Sequence record: SRR31156797_8524
Direction: 5' to 3' (one strand)
Length of the DNA stretch: 40,643 nucleotides
The first letter of the stretch is position 1, and every line of letters starts with the position of its first letter. The notes beneath the pieces are model-generated. The model saw only the letters and a list, made by a program, of their open reading frames with translations. It did not search any database and was not told the DNA's origin. Below, piece after piece: positions 1 to 9,279 of this stretch. A program made the position numbers and the translations under genes.

Positions 1-90
1 TGAGAATTGTTTTCTCATCTCAGGTTGGCCGTCTATCAGCAATATGGAAAGGGAATCCATCAGACCATGATTGTCGTGCGTCTTCATCAT
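1..90 (-). CDS. 5' end of a probable response-regulator-like protein, running off the left edge
   Basis: The minus-strand frame from ATG at 90 (or 60) reads MMKTHDNHGLMDSLSILLIDGQPEMRKQFS and stays open to base 1. ILLIDGQPEMR resembles receiver strand beta1. A sigma54 motif lies upstream at 157-172. Confidence 0.5.
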   Translation of the reverse strand, partial: MMKTHDNHGLMDSLSILLIDGQPEMRKQFS

Positions 91-156
91 ATAAAAAGAA
101 TCCGGATAATTGGAAATCATACTGAGGCCATGGGCCCAGAGACAACAAAAGGATAA

Positions 157-172
157 AGCAAAAAATATGCCG
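157..172 (-). promoter_or_regulatory. sigma54 (-24/-12) promoter
   Basis: Minus strand reads CGGCATATTTTTTGCT (GG-N10-GC), pointing at the partial CDS. Confidence 0.75.
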
Positions 173-278
173 CAAATTCTAGAAAGAAATTAAAGGAGGA
201 ACTTACTGAAAATACGGAGTTTATATCTTTGTGTCAGGCAAAAGTCAGGGGAAATGGCATGTCAAACATTTTCCCCGT

Positions 279-292
279 GTCATGGATTTGAC
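279..292. promoter_or_regulatory. Palindromic GTCA-N6-TGAC box, candidate FleQ/FlrA-type activator site
   Basis: GTCATGGATTTGAC lies about 110 bp upstream of the sigma54 motif, with extra GTCA half-sites between about 232 and 265. Confidence 0.5.
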
Positions 293-319
293 GTAATGGC
301 GGGCAACTTCATGAATGAT

Positions 320-1384
320 TCAGTCGGTAACCGGCTGTAACTTGTATCGTTTGATTTTCTCTACAAGGGTGGTTCTGTTGAGGTTAAGAAGTTTGGCAGC
401 TTTATTCTTGATCCAGTTGGTCCGATCGAGTGATTCAAGAATCAATCTTTTTTCAAATTCGGTCACGGCTGTGTTTAGATTAATCCCCTCCTCTGAAATT
501 TCCATGGACGGCGGCAGGGTGACATTGTTGCGGTTCATCATAATGCTACCCGGGAGATCTTGGAGTTCGATGATCCCCTCACCTTTCAACACCACGAACC
601 TTTCAACCATATTTTTCAGTTCTCTTACATTACCGGGCCAACCGTGCTGTTTGAGGAGGCTCATGGCATCGGTTGAAATTTCATGGACGGTAGTCGCACA
701 CTTTTCGTTGAATTCCGCCAAAAAATGCGACACAAGCAGTGGGATATCGGATTTGCGCTCTCTCAAGGGGGGGACCTTTACGGGAATCACATTGAGCCGG
801 TAATAGAGGTCTTCCCTGAAAGTTTTCTCCTGCACCAGGGTCTCCAAATTGCGGTGGGTCGCCGCAAGAATTCTAACCTCCGCGGACAGGGTTTTAACAC
901 CGCCGACCTGTTCAAATTCTTTTTCTTCCAATACCCTCAGTATTTTCACCTGCAGACTCGGCGACATATCACCGATCTCGTCTAAAAAAATGGTACCGCC
1001 CTTGGCAAGTTCGAATTTACCTGTTTTTGAAGCCGTAGCACCCGTAAAAGCCCCTCTTACGTGGCCGAAAAGTTCACTTTCCAGAAGGTTTTCAGGAATG
1101 GCACCACAGTTTATGGTGATGAAAGGTTTATCCTTCCGTTTGGAATTTCGGTGAATTGACCTGGCGATCAGGCCCTTACCGGAACCGCTTTCCCCGTTTA
1201 TAATGACCGTGCTATCACTCTGCGCCACCCTTTCCACCAACTTGAAAATCTGCTGCATCTTGGAACTATGACCAATGATGCCATCCGATTTCTCAAAGCT
1301 CAGTGGTCCATGAACTGTCAAATGGGCTATGACCTCGGAATGTTTTTTTTCGGGGTAAGCTTCCCGGGCGGCTGAATCCAACAA
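320..1384 (-). CDS. sigma54-dependent enhancer-binding protein without a receiver domain (FleQ/FlrA-like)
   Basis: Walker [22 protein letters not shown] loop, [14 protein letters not shown] and a C-terminal Fis HTH ([17 protein letters not shown]). The N-terminus before the AAA domain is only about 35 aa. AGGAGG RBS precedes the TTG. Confidence 0.9.
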   Translation of the reverse strand: MLDSAAREAYPEKKHSEVIAHLTVHGPLSFEKSDGIIGHSSKMQQIFKLVERVAQSDSTVIINGESGSGKGLIARSIHRNSKRKDKPFITINCGAIPENLLESELFGHVRGAFTGATASKTGKFELAKGGTIFLDEIGDMSPSLQVKILRVLEEKEFEQVGGVKTLSAEVRILAATHRNLETLVQEKTFREDLYYRLNVIPVKVPPLRERKSDIPLLVSHFLAEFNEKCATTVHEISTDAMSLLKQHGWPGNVRELKNMVERFVVLKGEGIIELQDLPGSIMMNRNNVTLPPSMEISEEGINLNTAVTEFEKRLILESLDRTNWIKNKAAKLLNLNRTTLVEKIKRYKLQPVTD

Positions 1385-1454
1385 TTTACATACCTCCTAA
1401 AACAGTACTTTCAATAAATCAGATGCCATTTTGTGAAACTGTTGAACGGATACT

Positions 1455-1470
1455 AGCAAAGCCCATACCA
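1455..1470 (-). promoter_or_regulatory. sigma54 promoter of the FleQ-like gene
   Basis: Minus strand reads TGGTATGGGCTTTGCT (GG-N10-GC), about 70 bp upstream of the start. Confidence 0.65.
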
Positions 1471-1581
1471 CTGAAGTCCCAAATGGCCCACAAAAAACAT
1501 TTCTGCACGTAATATTGAACGGTTAATCGATTTAAAAAAAAAGATCCGCCACAGCCATCCGGCGCGGATGAAAAAGATTCG

Positions 1582-1738
1582 TTGCATAATGCAAAAATTG
1601 CAAAAGTCTTTGAGGGTGATATCTGAATAATCAATAACCAGCTTTTTAACAACAAGCCCGCATAACGTGGCTTTCGAAAGGAGTGTCGGAAACGACCCAT
1701 GCAAAAATTGCAGGCTGCAACACTTTTTGCATTCTGCG
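1582..1738. promoter_or_regulatory. Repeated TGCA-based motifs, candidate upstream activator sequences
   Basis: ATGCAAAAATTGCA occurs at 1589-1602 and 1699-1712. TTGCATAATGCAA, TGCAGGCTGCA and TGCATTCTGCG are also present, 110-270 bp upstream of the sigma54 site. Confidence 0.5.
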
Positions 1739-1742
1739 ATAT

Positions 1743-3161
1743 TCAGGGCCGAATTCCGTATTTGGCGACTTTTCTATAAAGGGTGCTCGCATCAATTTCC
1801 AGGAGTTTTGCAGCCGGAACCTTTTTTCCGTTGCACTTGAGAAGTGCTTTTTTGATGAGTGAGATCTCATTTTCACGCAGAGAAAATGTAGCAATCTCCT
1901 TATCCCGGTGTAGTCCTGGCCCATTGCGGATCTCAGCGGGGAGATCCGTTAATTCAATTGTCCCTCCCTGCCCCAATGCAAAAGCTCTCTCAATAACATT
2001 TTCCAATTCCCTCACATTCCCGGGCCAATTATGGTCTAGAAGGGCATACATGGCTTCGGGAGAAACCCGGACTGCATCCCTTTTGCTGTCGGTTCTCCCG
2101 AACTTGCTTATAAAATAATTTGTCAGTAGCGGGATATCTTCCTTTCGCTCGCTCAGCGGTGGCATTTTGATGGAAATAACATTCAGCCGGTAGAAAAGAT
2201 CCTTGCGCATCCGCCCTTCATTCAGAAGCTCCCCGGCGTTTCGGTTTGTAGCGGCAATGATTCTAACGTCCACATCCAGTTCTCTTGAAGCGCCTACCGG
2301 TCGGATCTGCTTTTCTTGAATTGCCCTCAAGAGCTTCACCTGCAATTGTTGCGGCATTTCGGAAATCTCGTCCAAGAAAATAGTACCTTTGTTCGCAGAT
2401 TCAAAAAGACCGACCCTGTCTTTTACGGCGCCGGTAAATGCTCCCCTGACATGACCGAAAAGTTCACTTTCCAGGATTCCCTCCACAATGGCACTGCAAT
2501 TCAACGAAACAAAAGGTTTATCCCTGCGACTACTGTTTTTTTGAATAACTTTCGCAACCACCTCTTTGCCTGTTCCGCTCTCTCCCTGGATCAAAACGGT
2601 AGAGTCTTTTCCGCTGATTCTGGCAATAATCTCATAGATCTGCTGCATCCTGGGACTGGCGCCAATCAGGTCATCATACCGGTAGCGTTCCTGAAGCCTA
2701 CCTTTAAGAAGAAGGTTTTCTTTCTGTATTTTTCTTTTTTCACAGATCTGCGCTATGAGATGCCCGACCCGGTCAAGTTTGATGGGCTTTTGGATATAGT
2801 CATATCCTCCCAGTTTCAATGCCTCGACAGCGGTTTTGACGGTCCCGTAACCGGTCAAGATGACGACTTCAAGATCCGGTTGATGTTCCTTGATCGCTTT
2901 TAAGAGTTCCAGTCCGCTGAACTTCGGCATTTTCAAATCCGTGAGAACCACATCAAAATCCCGCTCTTTCACCAGTTCAAGTGCCGCCAAACCATTATCA
3001 ACAGCCGTTACGGCGTACCCCTGTGCCGAAAGAAATTCTTCCACTGTTAAGCGTATTTCTTCCTCATCATCAACGAAGAGTACCTCGGCCGGCATCTCGG
3101 TTTCAGCTGATTTGTAAGGGCCGTGAGCCGTTTTTTCCAAACCCATTTCTTTCAAGTTCAT
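1743..3161 (-). CDS. NtrC-family sigma54 response regulator (REC-AAA-HTH)
   Basis: Receiver motifs VLFVDDE, VLTDLKMP and QKP, followed by [24 protein letters not shown] and HTH AAKLLEIDASTLYRK. Confidence 0.93.
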   Translation of the reverse strand: MNLKEMGLEKTAHGPYKSAETEMPAEVLFVDDEEEIRLTVEEFLSAQGYAVTAVDNGLAALELVKERDFDVVLTDLKMPKFSGLELLKAIKEHQPDLEVVILTGYGTVKTAVEALKLGGYDYIQKPIKLDRVGHLIAQICEKRKIQKENLLLKGRLQERYRYDDLIGASPRMQQIYEIIARISGKDSTVLIQGESGTGKEVVAKVIQKNSSRRDKPFVSLNCSAIVEGILESELFGHVRGAFTGAVKDRVGLFESANKGTIFLDEISEMPQQLQVKLLRAIQEKQIRPVGASRELDVDVRIIAATNRNAGELLNEGRMRKDLFYRLNVISIKMPPLSERKEDIPLLTNYFISKFGRTDSKRDAVRVSPEAMYALLDHNWPGNVRELENVIERAFALGQGGTIELTDLPAEIRNGPGLHRDKEIATFSLRENEISLIKKALLKCNGKKVPAAKLLEIDASTLYRKVAKYGIRP

Positions 3162-3243
3162 TTCTTGCTCCGGAAGGGATGATCAGCGCTAAACAAGACC
3201 CGATTCCGAAAACCATCCTAAAAGGTTGTTCAATAGACCGGGG

Positions 3244-4722
3244 TTACTTGAGCTTCCTGATCCGCTCAATACGACTGACCACCTCGGTGACCCGAATCCC
3301 GTACTTTCCTCTCTCAACAACGACCTCTCCTTTGGCTATCAATTGATTGTTTGCAAAAATCTCCAGCTTTTCATCCTCGATATTGTCAAGCACAATGGAG
3401 GTCCCCGGCTCAACCTCACGCAATTCTTGAAGTTTCATCCTGGTTTTGCCCAATTCAACGGAGACTTCCACGGGGATATCAAGAATAAAATCGATATTCA
3501 TGGGGTTCTTGCCACCATCCGTTTCCGCCGCTTCTCCATAGGCCACATGGGGCGTTTCTTCCAGTTCAAATATTTCGGGAAATACATGCGCCCCCTGAGC
3601 ATCGGATGGTGAATCGGTTTCCGTCAATTCATCTGCGTCCGGACGTGATTCAATGGATGGGCTTTCGGACGTCTCCCCAACCTTCTGCTCGGTTTCCGAA
3701 ACCACAACATTCTCATCAATTTTCACACAGACTTCCACAAAGATTTTATGCTCATAGAACTGAAAGGAAAAGCGCTCATATCGCGCCATATTGAGGACTT
3801 CAATCCTGAAATCATTTCCAGACGTAATGGACGGCAGGGAAATTTCACAAACGAGACCCGAATCGGAAAATCCGCCTTTCAGATTTCCGGCGACAATGTT
3901 GCAGACTTCCCCAATGACGTCTTTAATCTCTTCCTCATTCTGGACTTCCTCCAATGGTCGGTCAATCATCTTGCCTGTAATAATGCGTGCAAAATTCTTT
4001 TCCGCGATGATGCTGATAACGCCGAGCACATCTCCTGCAAAATTAACCGACCCAACAATACGATTCCCTTGATATTCCGCATCATCCGCCGAATGGCAGA
4101 CTGTAAGCTTCATGGACAACATCAAATCGAACAATTCGATCAGGGTATCCCCGGCGGTGGAAATAATATCCAGCCGCTCGAACTTGGAAAAATCGACGTT
4201 CGTGAGTCTCTTCATGACTTCAGGTGCCGCATCGTCTCGGGACTTTACACATACCTCGACCAGGATGTGGTGTTCCCCCATGGCGCTGCAACGAAACATA
4301 AAGCGCTCGAATCTTGCCATATTAAGAATTTCAACATCATAGTCATTACCGATTGTAATGGCGGGAGTGGAAATGACACACGGCAGTCCGTGGTCGTTAA
4401 AGGCCGACTTCAGGTTTCCAGCCATAATATTGCAGAGTTCCAGGATGACATCCTTAATTTCATCATCACCTTCCAGATCCTCCACTTCCATTCCCAGCAT
4501 TTCGGCTGCCATGATCTCGGAAAAGGTATGAGTTACCTCCAACCTCAGCATCCCGACGACATCACCCGCGAACCCGATGTTTCCTGAGATCCTGTTACCC
4601 TTTCCACCCGTCGATCCATCTTCGTCAACCAATGCCACCTCAAGGGACATCATGGTATCAAAAATATCTATCACAGAATCGACAACACGACTCTTAATGT
4701 CAAAAACCTGAATCTCATCCAT
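3244..4722 (-). CDS. fliN: Flagellar switch protein with two CheX phosphatase domains fused to FliN (FliY-like architecture)
   Basis: Two ~155 aa CheX-like units carry ExxN motifs (ILELCNIMAG, IGEVCNIVAG). An acidic linker leads to a FliN/SpoA domain (IDFILDIPVEVSVELG...IAKGEVVV...YGIRVTEVVS). Confidence 0.85.
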   Translation of the reverse strand: MDEIQVFDIKSRVVDSVIDIFDTMMSLEVALVDEDGSTGGKGNRISGNIGFAGDVVGMLRLEVTHTFSEIMAAEMLGMEVEDLEGDDEIKDVILELCNIMAGNLKSAFNDHGLPCVISTPAITIGNDYDVEILNMARFERFMFRCSAMGEHHILVEVCVKSRDDAAPEVMKRLTNVDFSKFERLDIISTAGDTLIELFDLMLSMKLTVCHSADDAEYQGNRIVGSVNFAGDVLGVISIIAEKNFARIITGKMIDRPLEEVQNEEEIKDVIGEVCNIVAGNLKGGFSDSGLVCEISLPSITSGNDFRIEVLNMARYERFSFQFYEHKIFVEVCVKIDENVVVSETEQKVGETSESPSIESRPDADELTETDSPSDAQGAHVFPEIFELEETPHVAYGEAAETDGGKNPMNIDFILDIPVEVSVELGKTRMKLQELREVEPGTSIVLDNIEDEKLEIFANNQLIAKGEVVVERGKYGIRVTEVVSRIERIRKLK

Positions 4723-4786
4723 ATTGTTTTGGTGTCATCAAAAACGCCTTTCCAACCTTCCTGAGGCCGAAAGACTTTATTGAAGA

Positions 4787-5443
4787 TCACTCTCCCAGAT
4801 ACTCCTTGACAAGCCCCAACAAAACACTGATTTTAGTGGGTTTTGGAAGAACAGGATAATCGTATCTAGCGACCTCTTCATCCAACTCTTTCTTCAATGT
4901 TTTCACGCCGAAAAAGCCACTCATATAGACAACCCTGATACCACGATCCGATTTTCTAATTTTTCTAACCAGTTCAAGGCCACTCATCCGGGGCATAACG
5001 ATATCCGTCAGGATCAGGTCCGGCTTGAACCTGCGATAGAGTTCATACCCCTCATCACCATCAACCGCGACCCTCACTTCATAACCTTCCAGTTGAAAGA
5101 CTTCCTTCAGCGTGGCCTGCAAACCAAATTCATCTTCAACCACAAGAATTTTTTTTCTTTTCGAAGTTGCTTCCTCTCTCTTTTTTCGAAGAAGCTCCAA
5201 AAGCACCTTGTCATTGGTTCGGTTGAGCAGTCGTTGCGCCTCATTGAGTCTTTGTTGAAGGGCTTTTGCCTTTTCGGGATTCTGTTGGTTCAAATCCGGA
5301 TGGTAGACCTTACTCAAAAGGCGATAGCCTGATCTGATATAGGATATGGCCGCGTCATCACCCAGTTCGAAAAAAATCTCCCTTGCTTTTTCCAACAAAC
5401 CCAAATCATCAAGTTCCCTTTCAAGAGCCACGCCTTTCCCCAT
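4787..5443 (-). CDS. J-domain (HPD) plus receiver-domain fusion protein
   Basis: YRLLSKVYHPDLN...LQQRLNEA is followed by ILVVEDE...LILTDIVMP...YMSG...PKP. Start taken as ATG 5443; the ORF track extends to 5527. Confidence 0.8.
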   Translation of the reverse strand: MGKGVALERELDDLGLLEKAREIFFELGDDAAISYIRSGYRLLSKVYHPDLNQQNPEKAKALQQRLNEAQRLLNRTNDKVLLELLRKKREEATSKRKKILVVEDEFGLQATLKEVFQLEGYEVRVAVDGDEGYELYRRFKPDLILTDIVMPRMSGLELVRKIRKSDRGIRVVYMSGFFGVKTLKKELDEEVARYDYPVLPKPTKISVLLGLVKEYLGE

Positions 5444-5587
5444 CTGCTTCCATCCCCTTCCTTGAGAAAAGCCGCCGATATTCTTAAGCCTTGAATTTCC
5501 GGGACTTTTCTCATTCACCGTGAACAACTCTTCTCATCGATTGAAACCGGCAGGTAGTCATCTTTGGAAAATCATAATTATTAAGGA

Positions 5588-5615
5588 ATTATATAATGAA
5601 CAGACACATTGTCAA
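5588..5615 (-). promoter_or_regulatory. sigma70 promoter for the J-REC / CheX-FliN / NtrC-like gene run
   Basis: Minus strand reads TTGACA-N16-TATAAT, with both hexamers perfect. Confidence 0.7.
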
Positions 5616-5747
5616 GCATGCTATCGGCAAATGCCATTTCCATGGTTTCATGAAGAAGGCGCGAATTTTTTGATCACCTTGTGAGCCGAAACTCTTTTGA
5701 GGGACCGCGATTCCCCGTGAAACCTATTCCATTCCAACGCCATGATT

Positions 5748-5763
5748 TGGCATGAATTTTGCT
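5748..5763 (+). promoter_or_regulatory. sigma54 promoter
   Basis: TGGCATGAATTTTGCT upstream of the SLT gene. Confidence 0.8.
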
Positions 5764-5858
5764 AAAAATATTGGCTTCGAAGATAAATTAATCCGAATAT
5801 GATTTCAAGCCCACTGAAGTTTAAGATGACAACTTAGAATCGGAATATAGGGGAAAAA

Positions 5859-6554
5859 ATGGTTTGCTCAAAAATTTGCTCAAAAAAAGTAATCTGTTTG
5901 TTCGTGTTGTTCTACCTGTCGGCCTCCATGAATAACCTCTGGGCCACGTCTCTCGGCGACAAATTGGCCATGCTTGGATACAGCGATGAAGAAATTGCCA
6001 ATATTGTTTCCCGAAAAAGATATTTTAGCGCAATCCAATTGAAATATAAAATGGAAATTCTGGGTTATGAAAACACCCGGCCCTCTCCCATAAAATCCGT
6101 ACTTCGTCTTGATCTGAGAGCCAGGCCTTACGGCCACCAAAAGTTGGAGGAAAAAGCAAAGTCCTATTTTGGCATCATAGCGGATGCTGCCGAAAAAACG
6201 AATCTGGAAAAAAGCCTTCTTCTGGCAGTCATTAAAGTCGAATCCGATTTTAACGCCGATGCGCTTTCCCCGAAAGGGGCCATGGGCCTGATGCAGCTTA
6301 TGCCCGGCACGGCCAGCGATCTTGGATTGGTAAACCCTTTCGATCCGGCACAAAATATTCACGGGGGTGCCAAATACCTCTCCGATTGCATCAATAAGTT
6401 CATGGATTTAAAGCTTGGGCTGGCAGCGTATAATGCCGGTCCCAACCTGGTCTCAAGACTTAAAAGGATTCCTTCCATCAAGGAAACTCAAAACTATGTT
6501 AAAAACGTCATAAAATATATCGAGATTTATGACCGCCTGAACCTCCCCAATTGA
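5859..6554 (+). CDS. Exported lytic transglycosylase (SLT domain)
   Basis: Signal-like N-terminus, AVIKVES (catalytic Glu), SPKGAMGLMQLMP, AAYNAG and ETQNYV. Confidence 0.92.
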   Translation: MVCSKICSKKVICLFVLFYLSASMNNLWATSLGDKLAMLGYSDEEIANIVSRKRYFSAIQLKYKMEILGYENTRPSPIKSVLRLDLRARPYGHQKLEEKAKSYFGIIADAAEKTNLEKSLLLAVIKVESDFNADALSPKGAMGLMQLMPGTASDLGLVNPFDPAQNIHGGAKYLSDCINKFMDLKLGLAAYNAGPNLVSRLKRIPSIKETQNYVKNVIKYIEIYDRLNLPN

Positions 6555-6702
6555 AAGTCATTTTCAAACTGTCACATCATGATCGGCTAGGCAATTTGTT
6601 CAACATTACTTTTCCAACGGGAAAAAATTTCCTCCCTGCGAAAACCTTTCCGGAAAGAATAACATATTGATATTTTGAATACATACCATCTTTTCCGGCC
6701 TT

Positions 6703-6718
6703 TGGCATGCAATCTGCA
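6703..6718 (+). promoter_or_regulatory. sigma54 promoter
   Basis: TGGCATGCAATCTGCA about 38 bp upstream of the motA start at 6756. Confidence 0.75.
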
Positions 6719-6755
6719 GCACCTGAAAGACAAACCCATAAATGGAGATAAAATC

Positions 6756-7562
6756 ATGGTCCAAATATGTATTCTATTTTTCGGAGCAGCCATTTTCTTG
6801 TTTCTCACGGGAAGCGCCATGGGCGAGATATCGGAAATCACAAACCTTAAAAGTGGACTAATGGTTCTGGGAGGGACATTAATATGCGCCTTCCTCGCCT
6901 ATCCCTTCAAGACCTTTAAGGATCTTGCCGGAAGCCTTTTTGAACTTTTCCGGAATGAAGAAAAAGAGGACCAAGAGATGATTTCTCAAATTGAAACGCT
7001 TGCCCACATCCGCCGGCTTTACGGCATCAGAGAAATGGAAGAAGAAGCAAAGAGAGCCCATCATTCCTTTATACGCAAAGGCATTTCGCTCGTAGCGGAT
7101 GATTATGATCGCTTTGAAATCTACAATATTCTGGAGAAGGATGTTGAACTTTTCTGCTCAAAGCGAGCATCTCAAATCAATATCCTTGAAACTCTGGGGA
7201 AAATGGCGCCCGCCTTCGGTTTTATCGGAACGATCATCGGACTCATCAGCGTACTCGGCAATATGGAAAATCCAGCAGAAATCGGGAAGGGAATGTCAAT
7301 CGCTCTCCTTACAACCCTTTACGGTTCTCTGATCTCAAACTTCGTCTTTCTGCCTCTGGCCAGGAAACTATCGGAATTTACGAAAAGCCAAGCCATGGAA
7401 CTTAATATGATTATGGAAGGGATCATGGATATATGTGATAAAAAGAATCCCAAGGCAATCGCCCACCGCCTCAGGTCCTATTCCGGAGGATACCATCCGG
7501 AACCCTCAAAAACACTTTCCGGATCTTCTCCAGTGGGGCGGCATGCCTCGAATCTTTCATGA
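6756..7562 (+). CDS. motA: Flagellar stator A subunit (MotA/PomA family), set 1
   Basis: TM segments, MAPAFGFIGTIIGLI and ALLTTLYG. Start moved to ATG 6756 because of the GGAG RBS and promoter position. Confidence 0.88.
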   Translation: MVQICILFFGAAIFLFLTGSAMGEISEITNLKSGLMVLGGTLICAFLAYPFKTFKDLAGSLFELFRNEEKEDQEMISQIETLAHIRRLYGIREMEEEAKRAHHSFIRKGISLVADDYDRFEIYNILEKDVELFCSKRASQINILETLGKMAPAFGFIGTIIGLISVLGNMENPAEIGKGMSIALLTTLYGSLISNFVFLPLARKLSEFTKSQAMELNMIMEGIMDICDKKNPKAIAHRLRSYSGGYHPEPSKTLSGSSPVGRHASNLS

Positions 7563-7566
7563 ATAA

Positions 7567-8481
7567 ATGGATGATGAGGTAAGAGATCACATGCAAAAAA
7601 TGGAAGAAGAACTGAAAATGCGGCTTAAATTTTCCGAGCAAAAGAGAACGCATCTCAAAACTCTTTTGGCGCAACATGTCTCGGGAGAAAATACTTTTGT
7701 ATGGAGCATCGTTGATCTGATGACCCTGCTTCTGATTTTCTTTATTTTTTTATATTCACAAAATGCGGGACCGATTTTTTCCCGTCCGATTACAAACGTC
7801 CATCCCCCCGTGGAGACTTCCGAATTTCAACATCAAGGCTTTCCCTCAAAGCAAATCCCAATGAAGCAGGAGATTTCGAATGATTCAAGGAAAATTCTCA
7901 ATGCTTTGACAATGGATTTTCCAAAAAAACTTAGACCGGCCACCACAACTTCCACCTTGGCGGCATCTCCTCCGGTTGAAGAAGTCGCTACAAATGAATC
8001 CATCGCCCTACTGAAAAAAGAAGCGTTGGCAGCCATTGAAGAAAACGATCAAAAGACCTTTTCAATTCGGTGGAATGAACGGAGACTTATATTTGTTTTG
8101 GGGGAAAGGGTCACTTTCCCCATGGGTCAAGCAAAATTACTGTCCGAATCTCAACCCATATTAAAAAGGATTTCACATCTGATTGCTTCCAAGAAAGATT
8201 TCACGGTTTTGGTTTCCGGCCACACGGACGATACGCCCATTGACACCTATCAATTTCCATCCAATTGGGAGTTGTCCGCGGCAAGGGCCATTTCGGTGGC
8301 CAGATTTCTCTCTGAAAACGGCGTTGACCCTCACCGTCTTTCCATTCAGGGCTACGCGGAATTTCGCCCGATAAACCCGAACTCAACACCTGGAAACAAA
8401 CAGGCGAACCGAAGAGTTGAAATTATGCTGATTAAACAGAAGCCTCGGGAAGTGGAGCACAGCTATGTTCCAGGGGCCTGA
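7567..8481 (+). CDS. motB: Flagellar stator B subunit (MotB/OmpA-like), set 1
   Basis: TM segment WSIVDLMTLLLIFFIFLY contains the conserved Asp; GHTDD, SNWELSAARA and NRRVEI follow. Confidence 0.88.
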   Translation: MDDEVRDHMQKMEEELKMRLKFSEQKRTHLKTLLAQHVSGENTFVWSIVDLMTLLLIFFIFLYSQNAGPIFSRPITNVHPPVETSEFQHQGFPSKQIPMKQEISNDSRKILNALTMDFPKKLRPATTTSTLAASPPVEEVATNESIALLKKEALAAIEENDQKTFSIRWNERRLIFVLGERVTFPMGQAKLLSESQPILKRISHLIASKKDFTVLVSGHTDDTPIDTYQFPSNWELSAARAISVARFLSENGVDPHRLSIQGYAEFRPINPNSTPGNKQANRRVEIMLIKQKPREVEHSYVPGA

Positions 8482-8569
8482 TAAATGAAACCCTTCACCA
8501 TTTAATCCCCTTGGAAATCCGCTTTTCTGGAACTTTCCTCAAAAAAAATAATTATCCTCACATTTTTTC

Positions 8570-8597
8570 TAAAGTTTTATTCCAAACCTGCCGATAG
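8570..8597 (+). promoter_or_regulatory. sigma28 (FliA) promoter
   Basis: TAAAGTTT-N12-GCCGATAG, against consensus TAAAGTTT-N11-GCCGATAA. Confidence 0.75.
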
Positions 8598-8645
8598 GAA
8601 AATTGAAGGGCACTTTTATTAACCCGATCACATAAGGAGGTCACC

Positions 8646-8933
8646 ATGATGGAGACAACTGCGGCCGGTCTGCGTCTCAATGAGCAGCAGACCAGCCACC
8701 TCAATACCCTGGACAATCAGGTCCAGATGGTGAAGGAGAACGATAAGGCGCTTGAAAATCGTCAGGTTGAAAACACCGAGAATGCCACAAAATCCAAGAT
8801 GAACCTGGACACGGAAACCAGAACGGACACACTTGTCGTAGACAATAAGGTCATCGTAGAAAAATACAACAGCGATGGAAAGTTGGTTAACGTGATACCA
8901 CCAGGCTATGTCCCGTTAAGCACTTCGATCTAA
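8646..8933 (+). CDS. Small FlaG-like protein
   Basis: AAGGAGG RBS and a sigma28 promoter upstream. The C-terminal VIVEKYNSDGKLVNVIPP resembles the FlaG 'GEVIRQIPP' motif. Confidence 0.6.
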   Translation: MMETTAAGLRLNEQQTSHLNTLDNQVQMVKENDKALENRQVENTENATKSKMNLDTETRTDTLVVDNKVIVEKYNSDGKLVNVIPPGYVPLSTSI

Positions 8934-8981
8934 CTCCAGGGATCGTTTGCACCAAACTCTGTTGAACCTGGTGACCGCTCG

Positions 8982-9026
8982 ATAAGACAAAGCCCGAAAA
9001 CTCTCCCGAACGTGGCTTTGTCTTAT
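8982..9026 (+). terminator. Stem-loop, probable terminator
   Basis: Perfect 13 bp inverted repeat ATAAGACAAAGCC / GGCTTTGTCTTAT with a 19 nt loop. Confidence 0.65.
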
Positions 9027-9279
9027 TTGAAAAGCATCCCATCCCTACCCTGCGTTAAGGCCTGAACACCATTTCGCACTCACCTTTTTGTTGCTCCCCC
9101 ATATTTGGTGTGTTTTTTGCATAACCTGTCTCGTTATATTGCTTCACCCTGATATAAAAAACTATGGCATTTAGACAATACAACAGAACGAAACTTTTTT
9201 ATCAATGTTCAGATCGTGTCCATAAGGATTTTAAATCCTATTAATTAATTGATATTTAAGAATTTTCATTCCACATGAA

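Noticed and set aside
1419-1704. Short ORFs between the two EBP genes (and likewise 30629-30898)
   Set aside because: They overlap AT-rich promoter and enhancer sequence and have no RBS or protein-like features.
3748-4587. 279 aa antisense ORF
   Set aside because: It is a shadow of the CheX-CheX-FliN gene, with no motifs or RBS.
5621-5650. GCCGATAG on the minus strand as a sigma28 promoter
   Set aside because: There is no TAAA-like -35 at the right spacing, and the adjacent perfect sigma70 promoter explains the region.
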